NCBI GenBank assembly: GCA_963668625.2
Contig: CAXXKA010000001.1
Coordinates: 576,001 to 640,000 of the forward strand
DNA: 64,000 bases
Direction of reading: 5' to 3'
Origin: an uncultured candidate division Zixibacteria bacterium
Lineage (GTDB): Bacteria > Zixibacteria > MSB-5A5 > UBA10806 > 4484-95
Shown: one piece after another, positions 9,767-20,518 of the stretch
Layout of the letters: each line of letters begins with the position of its first letter
Position numbering within the stretch: position 1 is the first letter of the stretch
Notes under the pieces: model-generated
The model's database searches: none
What the model was told of the DNA's origin: nothing
The model's input: only the letters and a program-made list of their open reading frames with translations
Made by a program: the position numbers and the translations under genes

Positions 9767-10243
9767 ATGAGGACTTCTAAAATACAAGATCTAATCCGTT
9801 TAGTCGAGAGATCGGATATCGATGAACTCGAGGTTTCCTCCTGGGGAAAGAAAGTCAGGATACGGAAAAAGATCTCCAGCAACGGCAATAGTAACGGCAA
9901 CAGGCCTCAAGTTGCCCGATCTGTACCCGATAATGTAATTGAGGTCGCGCCTGAACGCAGAAACATACAAAATGTTGAGGCTGCGCCCGAGGTAAAAGAA
10001 GAATACCTCGAAATTAAATCGCCCATGGTTGGCACGTTTTACGGGGCGCCGGCTCCTGATGCCAAACCGTATGTCGAAGTGGGTCAGAAAGTGTCCAGGG
10101 GACAGGTCGTATGTATCATCGAGGCTATGAAAATTATGAACGAAATCGAGTCCGAGTACGATGGGGTGATCGTGGAGATTCCCGCGCAAAATGCTCAACC
10201 GGTTCAGTTTGGACAGCCTCTGATATTGATCAAGCCTGCCTGA
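9767..10243 (+). CDS. accB: Acetyl-CoA carboxylase biotin carboxyl carrier protein
   Basis: SPMVGTFY, EAMKIMNEIE biotin-lysine motif; start moved to the ATG after a GGAG RBS. Confidence 0.93.
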   Translation: MRTSKIQDLIRLVERSDIDELEVSSWGKKVRIRKKISSNGNSNGNRPQVARSVPDNVIEVAPERRNIQNVEAAPEVKEEYLEIKSPMVGTFYGAPAPDAKPYVEVGQKVSRGQVVCIIEAMKIMNEIESEYDGVIVEIPAQNAQPVQFGQPLILIKPA

Positions 10244-10297
10244 TATCGCAGCCACTGAAAAAAACATATATACATAGAATCATTGAAGGAGGGGTCT

Positions 10298-11428
10298 ATG
10301 ACTTTTAAGGAGATGATTCAGCAGATGTTAACGCGTAACGCGTCGGATTTGCATCTCCGTGTAGGCCTGCGGCCAACTATGAGAGTTGACGGCAAATTGT
10401 ATTCGGCCGATGATCAGGTTTTAATGCCTGCTGATATAGAGAAAATACTCTCTCAAACACTCACCGAGACTCAGTTGCAGCGTTTTCATCAGAGGCGCGA
10501 AATGGATCTTGCATTATCTATCTCCAAAATGGGACGTTTCCGTATTAACCTGTATAAACAACGTGGTACGATTGGTATCGCCTTGAGGCATGTTAATACC
10601 ACGATCCCCTCTTTCCAGGAGTTGAATCTGCCCGAGGCTATTAAGGATATAGCCGAGTCGCGCAAGGGGCTTATCATCGTGACTGGCACGACCGGTTCAG
10701 GCAAGTCAACCACTTTGGCCTCGATGATCGAGCACATCAATTCGAGCCGGGGCGAGAATATCCTGACTATCGAGGACCCGATAGAGTATATATATCGCGA
10801 TAAGAAATCGATTATCTCTCAGCGAGAGGTTGGCGGTGATACCGAAAGTTTCGCTTCCGCGCTACGACATGCCTTTCGTCAGGATCCTGATATCATCTTA
10901 ATCGGTGAGATTCGTGATGCTGATACGATGGGCATCGCGTTAACCGCCGCCGATACCGGCCACCTGGTGCTGACAACGCTTCACACCATGAACGCGATCG
11001 AGACAGTCTCGCGTATCATCTCGTTTTTCCCGCCGCATCAACATCAGCAGATAAGATTGCTTTTAGCGGGCACACTTAAATCGATCATCTGCCAGAGGCT
11101 GCTGCCGCGCACCGATGGCCCCGGGCGTGTGCCCGCGGTTGAGGTTCTCATCAACACCGCCTCGGTGCGTGAGTCGATTACCGACCAGATGAAGACCGCT
11201 AATATTCTCGAGCTGATAGAGCAGGGCACGGTTCAATACGGTATGCAGAGTTTCGATCAGGCGATAATGAAATTGTTCCGCTCGGGTTTGATCAGTTACG
11301 AGGAGGCTCTGGCTCAGTCAACCAACCCGGATGATTTCGATCTCAGGTGCAAGGGAATTACCTCGGCCTCCGACAGGGGCTGGAACGATCTCTCCGAGGA
11401 AAAAGAGGACAGCGATTTTAGTTTTTAG
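10298..11428 (+). CDS. pilT: Type IV pilus retraction ATPase PilT/PilU family
   Basis: ASDLHL, GTTGSGKST, IEDPIE, QDPDIILIGEIRD, TGHLVLTTLH. Confidence 0.88.
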   Translation: MTFKEMIQQMLTRNASDLHLRVGLRPTMRVDGKLYSADDQVLMPADIEKILSQTLTETQLQRFHQRREMDLALSISKMGRFRINLYKQRGTIGIALRHVNTTIPSFQELNLPEAIKDIAESRKGLIIVTGTTGSGKSTTLASMIEHINSSRGENILTIEDPIEYIYRDKKSIISQREVGGDTESFASALRHAFRQDPDIILIGEIRDADTMGIALTAADTGHLVLTTLHTMNAIETVSRIISFFPPHQHQQIRLLLAGTLKSIICQRLLPRTDGPGRVPAVEVLINTASVRESITDQMKTANILELIEQGTVQYGMQSFDQAIMKLFRSGLISYEEALAQSTNPDDFDLRCKGITSASDRGWNDLSEEKEDSDFSF

Positions 11429-11645
11429 ATAAGATTAATACCACAACACGATTGACCATACTAATAAGGTATGGGGGAATATTCTAAAAACCGGCTTAAA
11501 GGGGGCCGGTTTTTTGTTGGGGGAAGGGTATAGACGGCGCACGTTTTCGCTTGCCCCCTAATAATAAATGCATTAAGAGGTTGGGCATTCCTGTCCAACC
11601 TCTTAAGTCCTCGTGCCGCAACTGATATGACTGTCAGCAACACCC

Positions 11646-11743
11646 CTCGTTACGAGCGCTGCTTCGTAACGCCGCTTGATTTAAGCAGTATGGATTATAT
11701 TGCCAACTCAAACCTGGTACCGAAGCGGCGCTTAGGTACCAGG
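11646..11743. repeat. REPIN (inverted REP doublet), family B
   Basis: ctcgttacga-gcgctgc-ttcgtaacg ... cctggtaccgaagcggcgcttaggtaccagg. Confidence 0.75.
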
Positions 11744-11803
11744 GTATAAATATTATAAACTCCTTGTAAGATTTTGATAATATAGTAAATTATAATAATG
11801 AGT

Positions 11804-12058
11804 CACTAGTGTCCGGTGTTTTTCGTTAAATTTTAAATTTCTCCTTGGAATTGTTAATGAAAAATATTTTCAGATATAATTATTTTATTCAGCGTATCAT
11901 TCATCCTGACATATCCTGCCGATGTTAGGCTTGGTTTTCTGGTTTCCAAGCGCTGCTTGGAAACCTTCTTGAATCATGTAGAATGCGCATTCTGCCGGCA
12001 AACAAGCCTCGTTGCGAAGCAGCGCTTCGCAACGAGATGAAAAGACCGGACACTAGTG
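11804..12058 (+). mobile_element. 255-bp MITE, copy 1
   Basis: TIR CACTAGTGTCCGGT at both ends; 9-bp TSD ATAATGAGT (11795-11803, 12059-12067); near-identical copies at 37161 and 51376. Confidence 0.95.
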
Positions 12059-12582
12059 ATAATGAGTCTGTGTTAATTTTAAGGCTATATTGAAAACATT
12101 AATAATCTAAAACTCCGGAGGAGTTATGTCTTATCTTAGATCAGTTTTATCGTTAGCATTAGTTATAATGGTTACATCTTTTGTGTCCGCTACAATTATC
12201 AATATCCCTGATGATTATACTAGTATCCAGGCGGGTATTAACAGCAGCTCTGATGGCGATACTGTACTGGTACAGCCAGGTACTTATGTTGAAAATATTA
12301 ATTTCAACGGGCATAATATTGTGCTGAGCTCGTTGTTTTTGACCACCGGAGATACGAGCTATATTGAGCAGACTGTTATTGATGGAGATTCGGCAGGTTC
12401 GGTGGTCACGATTGAGAGTGGGGAGGATAGTACTACAGTTATCAATGGTTTTACCATAACTAAAGGAAAAGCTCAACTTGGAGGCGGGATATATTGTAAT
12501 AATTCTAGCGCTATTATAACTAATAATTATATCAAATTTAACATTGTCTTAGCTTCCCCCCATTGTTTGGACAGTAATTTAG

Positions 12583-13461
12583 CTAAAATAAGGTGGAATT
12601 TCTAAGTATTAGTCCATTATTTTTCTGTTTAATCGATTCCTTTTTTGAATTTAAATTATAAACCTCATAAGGCGTCTTGCCGTTTAAGGCCTGATGGAAA
12701 CGTTCGGTGTTGTAGAATTCGAAATACCTCTTCAAACCGAGGTAAGCCTCCGCCGGCGTCTGGTAATCGTGAAGATAAACCTCCTCGTACTTGACCGATC
12801 TCCACAGACGCTCGACAAAAATATTGTCAAGATACCGACCGCGACCGTCCATGCTGATAGCGATCCGCTTGTCTTGCAGTACACCGGTGAAATCCTTGTC
12901 GGTAAACTGTGTTCCCTGATCGCTGTTGAATATCTCCGGCTGTTTGCCATCCAACGATTCCTCCAATGCCTCCACGCAGAAAGAGCTCTCAAGAGTATTG
13001 GACAAACGCCAGGCAAGAACGTAACGCGAGAACCAATCAATCACTGCCGCCAGATAGAGAAAGCCCCGGCTAAGACGAATATACGTGATATCGGCGCTCC
13101 AGACCTGGTCAACATGATCAATCAGGACATCGCGTAAAAGATACGGATATATCTTGTTAGACGGACAAGGCTTGCTCGTATTTGGTTTAGGGTAAACAGC
13201 TTGAAGACCCATAATCCTCATCAGACGTTCAACCCGCTTGTGATTTATATCATATCCCTGAGACTTTAGACAGAGTGTCATCTTAGGACTGCCGTAAAAC
13301 GGGGTCCTGGTATATTGATCGTCAAGCAGACGCATAAGTGTCAGGTTCAAATCGCTTTCCCCAGTAGGCCGGTAGTAGTAGCTTGAACGGGGAAGCCCCA
13401 AAAGCTGGCACTGACGGCTAATTGAAATGTCCGGGTTTGATCGTTCCACCAGATTCCTCAA
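12583..13461 (-). CDS. IS3 transposase OrfB (DDE integrase)
   Basis: WSADITY, FNSDQG, DNIFVERLWRSVKYE. Confidence 0.95.
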   Translation of the reverse strand: MRNLVERSNPDISISRQCQLLGLPRSSYYYRPTGESDLNLTLMRLLDDQYTRTPFYGSPKMTLCLKSQGYDINHKRVERLMRIMGLQAVYPKPNTSKPCPSNKIYPYLLRDVLIDHVDQVWSADITYIRLSRGFLYLAAVIDWFSRYVLAWRLSNTLESSFCVEALEESLDGKQPEIFNSDQGTQFTDKDFTGVLQDKRIAISMDGRGRYLDNIFVERLWRSVKYEEVYLHDYQTPAEAYLGLKRYFEFYNTERFHQALNGKTPYEVYNLNSKKESIKQKNNGLILRNSTLF

Positions 13462-13465
13462 ATCC

Positions 13466-13753
13466 TCAGGCGAGACGCCCGCTCCTTTTTTTTAGAAATG
13501 CCAACTCCACCTGAAGCTTACCAATCTCCTGATAGAGAGCATCCATCCTGGCTTGCTCATCCTCCCGCAACTTGGCCTTGCCGTTAGAAAAGGCTTCCGG
13601 GAGAGACTGTAAAGCCTGCTTCTTCCACATACCAACCTGATTAGGGTGTACTTCGTATTCCGAGGCTATCTGATTAACGGTCTTCTGACCGCGAATGGCC
13701 TCTATGGCTACTTTTGCTTTAAGCTCCCCGCTGTATCGACTTCGCTTCATCAA
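13466..13753 (-). CDS. IS3 transposase OrfA (HTH)
   Basis: KAKVAIEA..IASEYEVHPNQV..WKK; A8G slippery run at 13486-13493 (minus strand) for -1 frameshift. Confidence 0.92.
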   Translation of the reverse strand: MMKRSRYSGELKAKVAIEAIRGQKTVNQIASEYEVHPNQVGMWKKQALQSLPEAFSNGKAKLREDEQARMDALYQEIGKLQVELAFLKKRSGRLA

Positions 13754-15878
13754 TTACCCTTTCTGGACATTTCTACTAATTTAATACCACCTTAAACAAT
13801 TGTCCAGTTTTTGGGGGAAACCTCAGTCAATGGACGATGGCAAGGCGAGTTTTATTTTTTTGGTAAAGGGGGAGGTATTTATAGTTTAAATTCAAATACA
13901 AAAATAAGAAGTAATATTATTGCAGAAAACTATATTCCAGGATATCCAAATAATGATCCTGAATCGGGGATTGGAATTTATTTGAGAGAATCCAATTCAG
14001 AGATTACAAATAATCTTATTGCAGACAATAAAGCATATAGCTTTGGAGCATTATTTATAGATAATTCAAATGTAAATATGCGTAACTGTACTATAGTTAA
14101 CCATAAATCTTGCGAGGGGATTTATATATGTCGCAGTTCAAGTGCTTACATAAATAACTCAATTATTTTTAATAATAATAGCAGTATATATTTAGAAAAT
14201 AATAGCTCAATTGAAATTACATTTTCCGATATCCAGGGAGGTTGGGAAGGCTTAGGAAATATTGATTTAGATCCAATGATATTGAATCCAGATAATGCTT
14301 CTTACAACTTATGCTTACTTTCACCTTGTATTGATACAGGAGACCCTCAACTAATCGATCCAGATGTGAGTAGATCCGATATAGGGTACTTTTCTTATGA
14401 GCATACTGATTGTAATCTCGTAAATAATTGGTATGTATCTGTAGATGGTATTGATTCTCCTGGAAATGGAACTGAACAAAATCCTTTCAGATCAATTCAA
14501 TATGCCATTAACAAATCAGCATATTATGATACTATAATTGTTGACAATGGAACATATATAGAAAACTTAAGTGTGAATTCTAAGAATGTGTTTATAGCAT
14601 CAAGATACCGCGAATCAGGAGACGAGTTAGATATATTAAATACAATTATCGATGGCGATTCATCTGAATCAGTTGTCACATTCAAATATTGCAATAATGG
14701 CGCTAGTTTGAATGGATTTACAATTACAAATGGTGTTTCTTGTTATGGTGGTGGTATCGAATGTTATGAATCAAGTCCAACAATCGAGCACAATATTGTT
14801 TTTGGAAACTATGCACGGGAAGGAGGCGGAATAAAAGCACTTAGAAATGCAATATTAGAAGACAATATAATTAGAAATAATACTGCAAGTTATCGCGGGG
14901 GGGGCATATTTAGTCTAGGGACAATTTCTATTACTGGTAATTATATAAGTTCTAATGTATCCTTGACCTACAAGGGAGGGGGAATTTACGCAGAAGGACT
15001 AACGGATATTTCATTTAATATTGTGGAAGGAAATGAGGCCGATCAGGGGGGAGGGATCTTCTATTGCAGTTCAAATTCATCCATTAATAACAATCTTATT
15101 AATAATAATATAGCGAATAGTGGCGGAGGAGTATATATTCGATCGGGCAGGCCTCTCCTTACTAATAATACAGTAGTAAATAACTTAAGTAACGGCGGCA
15201 GCGGTATATACTTGGACAATACTAACCCAACGATTATTAATACAATAATCTATTATAATTCCCTATACGTTTATTACTCAGATCCAAACTGCAATTATTG
15301 CGCTATTCAGGGGGGCTGGACCGGCGAGGGCAACATTGATGATGATCCCCTCTTCTGCGATCCAGAAAACGGCGATTTCCACCTCATGGCAACTTACTGC
15401 GGTGATCCTTACGACTCACCCTGTATCGATATGGGTAAGCCATCAATCTTGGATTCATTGTTAGATTGTAGCTGGGGGTTAGGAGGAGAACGCTCTGATA
15501 TGGGGGCTTATAGCGGCGAAGGTGGAACGGTTGATATCGATGATGATACTGGTTTACCACTCCCGCAGCAAACATCCCTCTCCCAGAACTACCCCAACCC
15601 ATTCAACGCTTCAACTATCATCAAATACGAGTTGCCGAAGCAATCACAGGTGACGGTCGATGTTTACGATATTCTCGGCAGGCGGGTGGCCTCGCTTGTT
15701 GATGATGACCAGGTAGCGGGATATCATCAGGTGATATGGAGTGCTGAGGATGTCGCCTCGGGCGTGTATTTCTACAAGATACAGGCCGGGGAGTATATCG
15801 AGACTAAGAAGATGATGCTGGTGAAATAGGTGGTGTTTGGCAGCAGACAAGGGGAGCTGTTCAAAAAGTAAGGTTCAT

Positions 15879-15957
15879 GTGGCTGGCGGATGTCCTCGTC
15901 CGCCAGCTTTCTTTTGCAGGCATACCAAGTTGGGGCACGAGGACGTACCCCAACCAC
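15879..15957 (+). repeat. REPIN family C
   Basis: gctggcggatg-tcct-cgtccgccagc ... gttggggcacg-agga-cgtaccccaac; related copies at 26179 and, inverted, 42760-42835. Confidence 0.7.
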
Positions 15958-16179
15958 AGGGCTTTTAGGACATCTTCGGGTCTCCGCCGCCACCAAAATT
16001 AAGCATGGGATGAGCTTACAAAGAACATGCTAATTACCTGCAATATCCAAAAAGATCATGATATCTATTATCGCTTAAATACTATTCATTGACATAGCTG
16101 CATCTAATCACTTATTATTGATTGTTGTGATCGCGGGAACCTGTAGTTCCCGTATTAATTTAAACACTTGGAGATGTCC

Positions 16180-17562
16180 GTGTTTAAGAAGATTCTAATA
16201 GCAAACAGGGGCGAGATCGCTTTGCGAATCATTCGCGCCTGCAAGGAACTGGGTATAACCAGTGTAGCGGTTTATAGCGAGGCCGATGCCAACTCGCTGC
16301 ACGTGCGTTTTGCCGATGAGGATGTCTGTATCGGGCCGCCCCCGCCGGGGGAAAGCTATCTCGATGCCAAGCGGGTAATTGCCGCGGCCGAGGTTACCAA
16401 CGCCGATGCCATCCATCCGGGGTATGGCTTTCTAGCCGAAAACGCCGATTTCGCCGAGGTAGTACAATCTTGCGATATGACCTTCATCGGGCCATCCCCG
16501 AAAGTGATACATTCGCTGGGAGATAAATCATTTGCCAAACAAACTATGCGTAATGCCGATGTACCGGTAATTCCCGGTTCGGATGGCATCGTATCCTCCT
16601 ACGAGGAAGCGATCGAGGTCGCTAAAACGATCGGCTACCCGCTGATAATTAAAGCGGCTGCCGGTGGAGGCGGGCGAGGCATGCGTGAGGTTAATGATCC
16701 GGTGAACCTGAAAAAGGCTTTCGATGCCGCCCGCACGGAGGCCAGTGTAGCTTTCGGCAATCCCGATGTTTATATCGAAAAATTCATCGTTAACCCCCGT
16801 CATGTCGAGGTGCAACTGGTTGCCGATAACTTTGGCAACGTAGTCCATCTGGGCGAACGTGATTGTACCATCCAGAGAAGACATCAAAAATTGATAGAGG
16901 AAACCCCCTCGAGCGTAGTGGATGGTGATCTTCGCAAGAGAATGGGCGAAGCGGCCGTACGAGGGGCGAAAGCCGCCGGTTATACCAGCGCCGGGACGGT
17001 GGAATTTTTAGTCGATGTCGACAGAAATTTCTATTTCATGGAGGTTAATACTCGTATACAGGTCGAGCATACGGTGACCGAGGAGGTCACTAATATCGAC
17101 CTGATAAAAGAACAAATCATGGTCGCGGCCGGTGAACCCCTCTCGTTCAAACAAGAGGATGTCAGGTTTTTCGGACATGCCATCGAATGCCGTATCAATT
17201 CTGAAAACACGGCCAAGAATTTCATGCCGACCGCCGGCAAGATAACTACGTTCCACACGCCGGGAGGGCTTGGTGTGCGAGTGGACACCCACGCATACGC
17301 GGGTTACGACATGCCTCCCAATTACGATTCACTGATAGCAAAACTGATTGTCTGGGGCAAGGATCGTTCCGAGGCGCTTCTAAGGATGAGGCGCGCTCTG
17401 GATGAATTTATCGTGGAGGGCGTACCTACTCCGATCGAATTCTATAAGAGCATATTCGAGGATCCACTATTTATTTTCGGCAATTATGACACGTCTTATA
17501 TTGATAGATTCATGGATGGGCTGCTCGCAGAAAGAGCGCCCAAACACGAGGAGGTAAAGTGA
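16180..17562 (+). CDS. accC: Acetyl-CoA carboxylase biotin carboxylase subunit
   Basis: [38 protein letters not shown]. Confidence 0.95.
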   Translation: MFKKILIANRGEIALRIIRACKELGITSVAVYSEADANSLHVRFADEDVCIGPPPPGESYLDAKRVIAAAEVTNADAIHPGYGFLAENADFAEVVQSCDMTFIGPSPKVIHSLGDKSFAKQTMRNADVPVIPGSDGIVSSYEEAIEVAKTIGYPLIIKAAAGGGGRGMREVNDPVNLKKAFDAARTEASVAFGNPDVYIEKFIVNPRHVEVQLVADNFGNVVHLGERDCTIQRRHQKLIEETPSSVVDGDLRKRMGEAAVRGAKAAGYTSAGTVEFLVDVDRNFYFMEVNTRIQVEHTVTEEVTNIDLIKEQIMVAAGEPLSFKQEDVRFFGHAIECRINSENTAKNFMPTAGKITTFHTPGGLGVRVDTHAYAGYDMPPNYDSLIAKLIVWGKDRSEALLRMRRALDEFIVEGVPTPIEFYKSIFEDPLFIFGNYDTSYIDRFMDGLLAERAPKHEEVK

Positions 17563-17939
17563 TTCCCGACGATTTAAAATATTCGAAAGAGCATGAATGG
17601 GTAAAACTGGATGGTGATATTGTCACGATCGGAATTACCGACTACGCGCAGGGTGAGTTAGGTGATATCGTATTCATCGAGATGCCGGGTGCGGGAGATA
17701 AAATAGAATTCATGCAGCCGTTCGGAACTATCGAGGCGGTAAAAGCCGTATCCGATATGTTCGCTCCGGTTAGCGGCGAGGTTACCGAGATAAACTCGGC
17801 GCTCGAGGCGGATGCCGGTATCGTTAACTCCGATCCTTACGGCGATGGCTGGATTATCAAAGCTAAAATAGATGATAAATCACAGCTTGACCAGCTTCTT
17901 GATGCGAATGCGTATAAGGAGTTGACCGGGCAAAACTGA
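17559..17939 (+). CDS. gcvH: Glycine cleavage system H protein
   Basis: [25 protein letters not shown] (lipoyl K), NSDPYGDGW. Confidence 0.95.
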   Translation: MIPDDLKYSKEHEWVKLDGDIVTIGITDYAQGELGDIVFIEMPGAGDKIEFMQPFGTIEAVKAVSDMFAPVSGEVTEINSALEADAGIVNSDPYGDGWIIKAKIDDKSQLDQLLDANAYKELTGQN

Positions 17940-19273
17940 TGAGTTACATACCAAATACTGAAGCTGATCTTCAGCAGATGCTGGAAAGTATTGGCGTTGG
18001 CGATTTCGAGGATTTACTTAAAGATATACCAGCATCATTAAGATATCGCCACGACCTGAATATCCCGAAGGCGCTTCCTGAATTCGAGTTGATAAAAACT
18101 ATCACCGCTTTATCCGAGCGGAACGCGAAGTTCGAGGCCTGTTTCGCGGGCGCTGGAGCTTACGACCACTATATACCAATGGTGATAGGCAACATTATCT
18201 CGCGTTCGGAGTTCTTAACCGCTTACACTCCTTACCAGGCCGAGGTGTCCCAGGGCACTCTTCAGGCTATATACGAATTCCAATCGATGATAAGCAGCCT
18301 CACGGGACTTCCGGTTACCAACGCCTCTATGTATGATGGCGCCAGTGCGCTGGCGGAAGCGGCTCTCCTGGCCGTTCGCCATACCCGCAGAAACGAAGTC
18401 CTGGTTGCAGGGACGGTTAATCAGAACTATATCGATACGATCAAAACATATCTCTCGGGTATGGATGTCGTCATTAATATCGTGCCGTTTGTAGATGGCC
18501 TGGTTGATTACAACCATTTACGCGAGAAACTAAACGATAACACTGCCTGCTTTATTATCCAGAGTCCGAATTTTCTGGGTTCGATAGAGAAGGTGGAGGA
18601 TGTCGTTGTCGAGGTGAAAAACAACGGCTCTTTAATGATAATGTCTTACGACCCTATCTCACTGGGCATATTGAAAACACCTGCCGAATACGGCGTTGAT
18701 ATCGCCTGTAGCGACGGCCAGCCGCTTGGTTTGCCATTGGCTTATGGCGGTCCTTATGTCGGGATGTTTTCTGCAACCCAGGAACTTATCCGTAAGATGC
18801 CGGGACGAATCGTGGCTAAAACCACCGATGCGAAAGGCGATACGGGTTATACTTTAACCCTGCAGACTCGCGAGCAGCATATTCGCCGCGAGAAAGCCAC
18901 CTCGAATATCTGTACCAATCAGCAATTGTGCGCGTTGGTGGTATCGATATATCTTTCGGTGATGGGAAAAGCCGGAATAAAACGCGCCGCCGAGCTTTGC
19001 CTCGCTAAAGCGCATTATGCTGCCAGGAAGATTTGCAATCTCCCCGGTTACAAGCTGAGATTCAATACGCCGTTTTTTAAGGAGTTCGTGATTCAAGCGC
19101 CGGTTACTCCGAAAAAAATCATTACCGCGCTGGCTCGTCATGATATATTAGCGGGTGTTGATTTAAGTGAATTCAAGATCGGCCTTAAAGGTTGTTTGAT
19201 GGTTGCCGTAACCGAGAAAATCAGTTACGAGCAAATTGATGAACTGACATTTAGATTATCAAAGGTGAAATAA
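17939..19273 (+). CDS. gcvPA: Glycine dehydrogenase subunit 1
   Basis: EFLTAYTPYQAEVSQG, NASMYDG, REQHIRREKATSNICTN. Confidence 0.95.
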   Translation: MSYIPNTEADLQQMLESIGVGDFEDLLKDIPASLRYRHDLNIPKALPEFELIKTITALSERNAKFEACFAGAGAYDHYIPMVIGNIISRSEFLTAYTPYQAEVSQGTLQAIYEFQSMISSLTGLPVTNASMYDGASALAEAALLAVRHTRRNEVLVAGTVNQNYIDTIKTYLSGMDVVINIVPFVDGLVDYNHLREKLNDNTACFIIQSPNFLGSIEKVEDVVVEVKNNGSLMIMSYDPISLGILKTPAEYGVDIACSDGQPLGLPLAYGGPYVGMFSATQELIRKMPGRIVAKTTDAKGDTGYTLTLQTREQHIRREKATSNICTNQQLCALVVSIYLSVMGKAGIKRAAELCLAKAHYAARKICNLPGYKLRFNTPFFKEFVIQAPVTPKKIITALARHDILAGVDLSEFKIGLKGCLMVAVTEKISYEQIDELTFRLSKVK

Positions 19274-19651
19274 ATGCCATATTGTCCTGAGTGTAAGGGG
19301 GAATACGAGGTTGGTCTGGCAAGCTGCCCTGTTTGTGGATGTGAGCTGGAGGACGATGACGAGAACGAAGAAACCGAAATGTTAAAAGATGAAGTAGAGT
19401 TCCAGGAGGGCGGGAAGCCCGTGTTAATTTACCAGACAAATGAGCCGATGAATATCGAGCTGCTGGAGGAGGCCCTGAAAGACCAGGGTATACCCTGTCT
19501 GGTCAAACAGAACACCGGATCGTTTTCCGGACTCAGTTCGCTGAATGCCGTCTATAAGGACGCTAAAATATTCGTGCCCGAATGGGCTCTGGATAACGCC
19601 CTCGAGGTGGCAGAAACAGTAATCGCAGATTATGAGAGGCCTGATGATTAA
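19274..19651 (+). CDS. Zinc-ribbon plus DUF2007 (putative signal-transducing) protein
   Basis: MPYCPEC..CPVCG; LKDQGIPC..KIFVPE pattern. Confidence 0.7.
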   Translation: MPYCPECKGEYEVGLASCPVCGCELEDDDENEETEMLKDEVEFQEGGKPVLIYQTNEPMNIELLEEALKDQGIPCLVKQNTGSFSGLSSLNAVYKDAKIFVPEWALDNALEVAETVIADYERPDD

Positions 19652-20516
19652 ACACGGATTAATTTTAACCCTGGTTATCGCTGTCTCTTTAAGCGCTCTT
19701 TTTTATGCCTGTGATAAAGAGGAGCCGCCTCCGCAAGAAATATCGTTCGTATACGATATCCACGAGGCGTTAAAGCTGGCGGTTGAAAAAGAGCAGCCGG
19801 TCGTGGTGGAATTTTTCAAACCGGATTGCCCTTACAGTCGAATGATGGATGATTCGACTTTCAGCAGCAGTATCGTCATTTCGATGTCGTCCACGATGAT
19901 ATTCGCTAAAATTAACGCCCTGGTCGATACTATCGCGGCTGAGAATTATGGTGTTTCGTTCTACCCGACATTCATCGTATTCAAATCAAGCGGCGAGGAG
20001 ATCGACAGGCTGGTTGGCTACTACGGTCCCGGCGAGTTTTTCAACGAGGTTCAGCTTTTCATTCAGGGTAACGAAACTCTGAATGATTATCATATTCGCC
20101 TGGAGGATGAACCTGAACGCGCCGATTACAGTTTGATTATCGCCGAGAAATATAAGCATCGCTCCAACTGGGATAAAGCGCTGGAATATTACAACAATGT
20201 TCTGACTCTGGCTAACGAGGATAATACTTACGAAGTCGAAAGAGCTTTGCACGGTATCGCCGATGTTTATTGCGAGCAGGGTTTGTTCAAGCAGGCGGCA
20301 ATCAAGTATGAGGAGTTTTTACTTCAATATCCGCAATCGGAGTTAGCCGAGGATGCCGCTCGTAAACTGCCGTTCTGTCTGGCTCAGGATGGCCAGTTGG
20401 ATAGAGCAGCGGAGTTTTTCAAAAGTTATTTGGATAGCTACCCTAACGGTATTTATGCCGGCTGGGTGAAAGATAGAATCGATGAAATGGATAATTTCAT
20501 GAAAGCAGGTAAATAA
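19644..20516 (+). CDS. Lipoprotein with thioredoxin-like (CxxS) and TPR domains
   Basis: Lipobox FYAC; KPDCPYS, YPTF, EIDRLVGY; C-terminal TPR/BamD-like helices. Confidence 0.75.
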   Translation: MIKHGLILTLVIAVSLSALFYACDKEEPPPQEISFVYDIHEALKLAVEKEQPVVVEFFKPDCPYSRMMDDSTFSSSIVISMSSTMIFAKINALVDTIAAENYGVSFYPTFIVFKSSGEEIDRLVGYYGPGEFFNEVQLFIQGNETLNDYHIRLEDEPERADYSLIIAEKYKHRSNWDKALEYYNNVLTLANEDNTYEVERALHGIADVYCEQGLFKQAAIKYEEFLLQYPQSELAEDAARKLPFCLAQDGQLDRAAEFFKSYLDSYPNGIYAGWVKDRIDEMDNFMKAGK

Positions 20517-20518
20517 AG

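Larger units (their letters stand above)
12549..13825 (-). mobile_element. IS3-family insertion sequence
   Basis: Imperfect 25-bp IRs (ttagcttccccccattgtttggaca / tgtccagtttttgggggaaacctca); 3-bp TSD GTC; orfA/orfB. Confidence 0.95.
12126..15829 (+). pseudogene. Secreted parallel beta-helix (pectin-lyase-like) protein with C-terminal sorting domain, interrupted by IS3
   Basis: Removing IS 12549-13825 and one GTC restores the frame (..FNIV|NGRWQG..), ~807 aa; signal peptide, GGGI repeats, SPCID, QNYPNPFN. Confidence 0.9.

Noticed and set aside
15965-15995. tRNA/tmRNA-like 3' end (..ttcgggtctccgccgccacca)
   Set aside because: T-stem does not pair and the spacing to CCA is wrong; no cloverleaf
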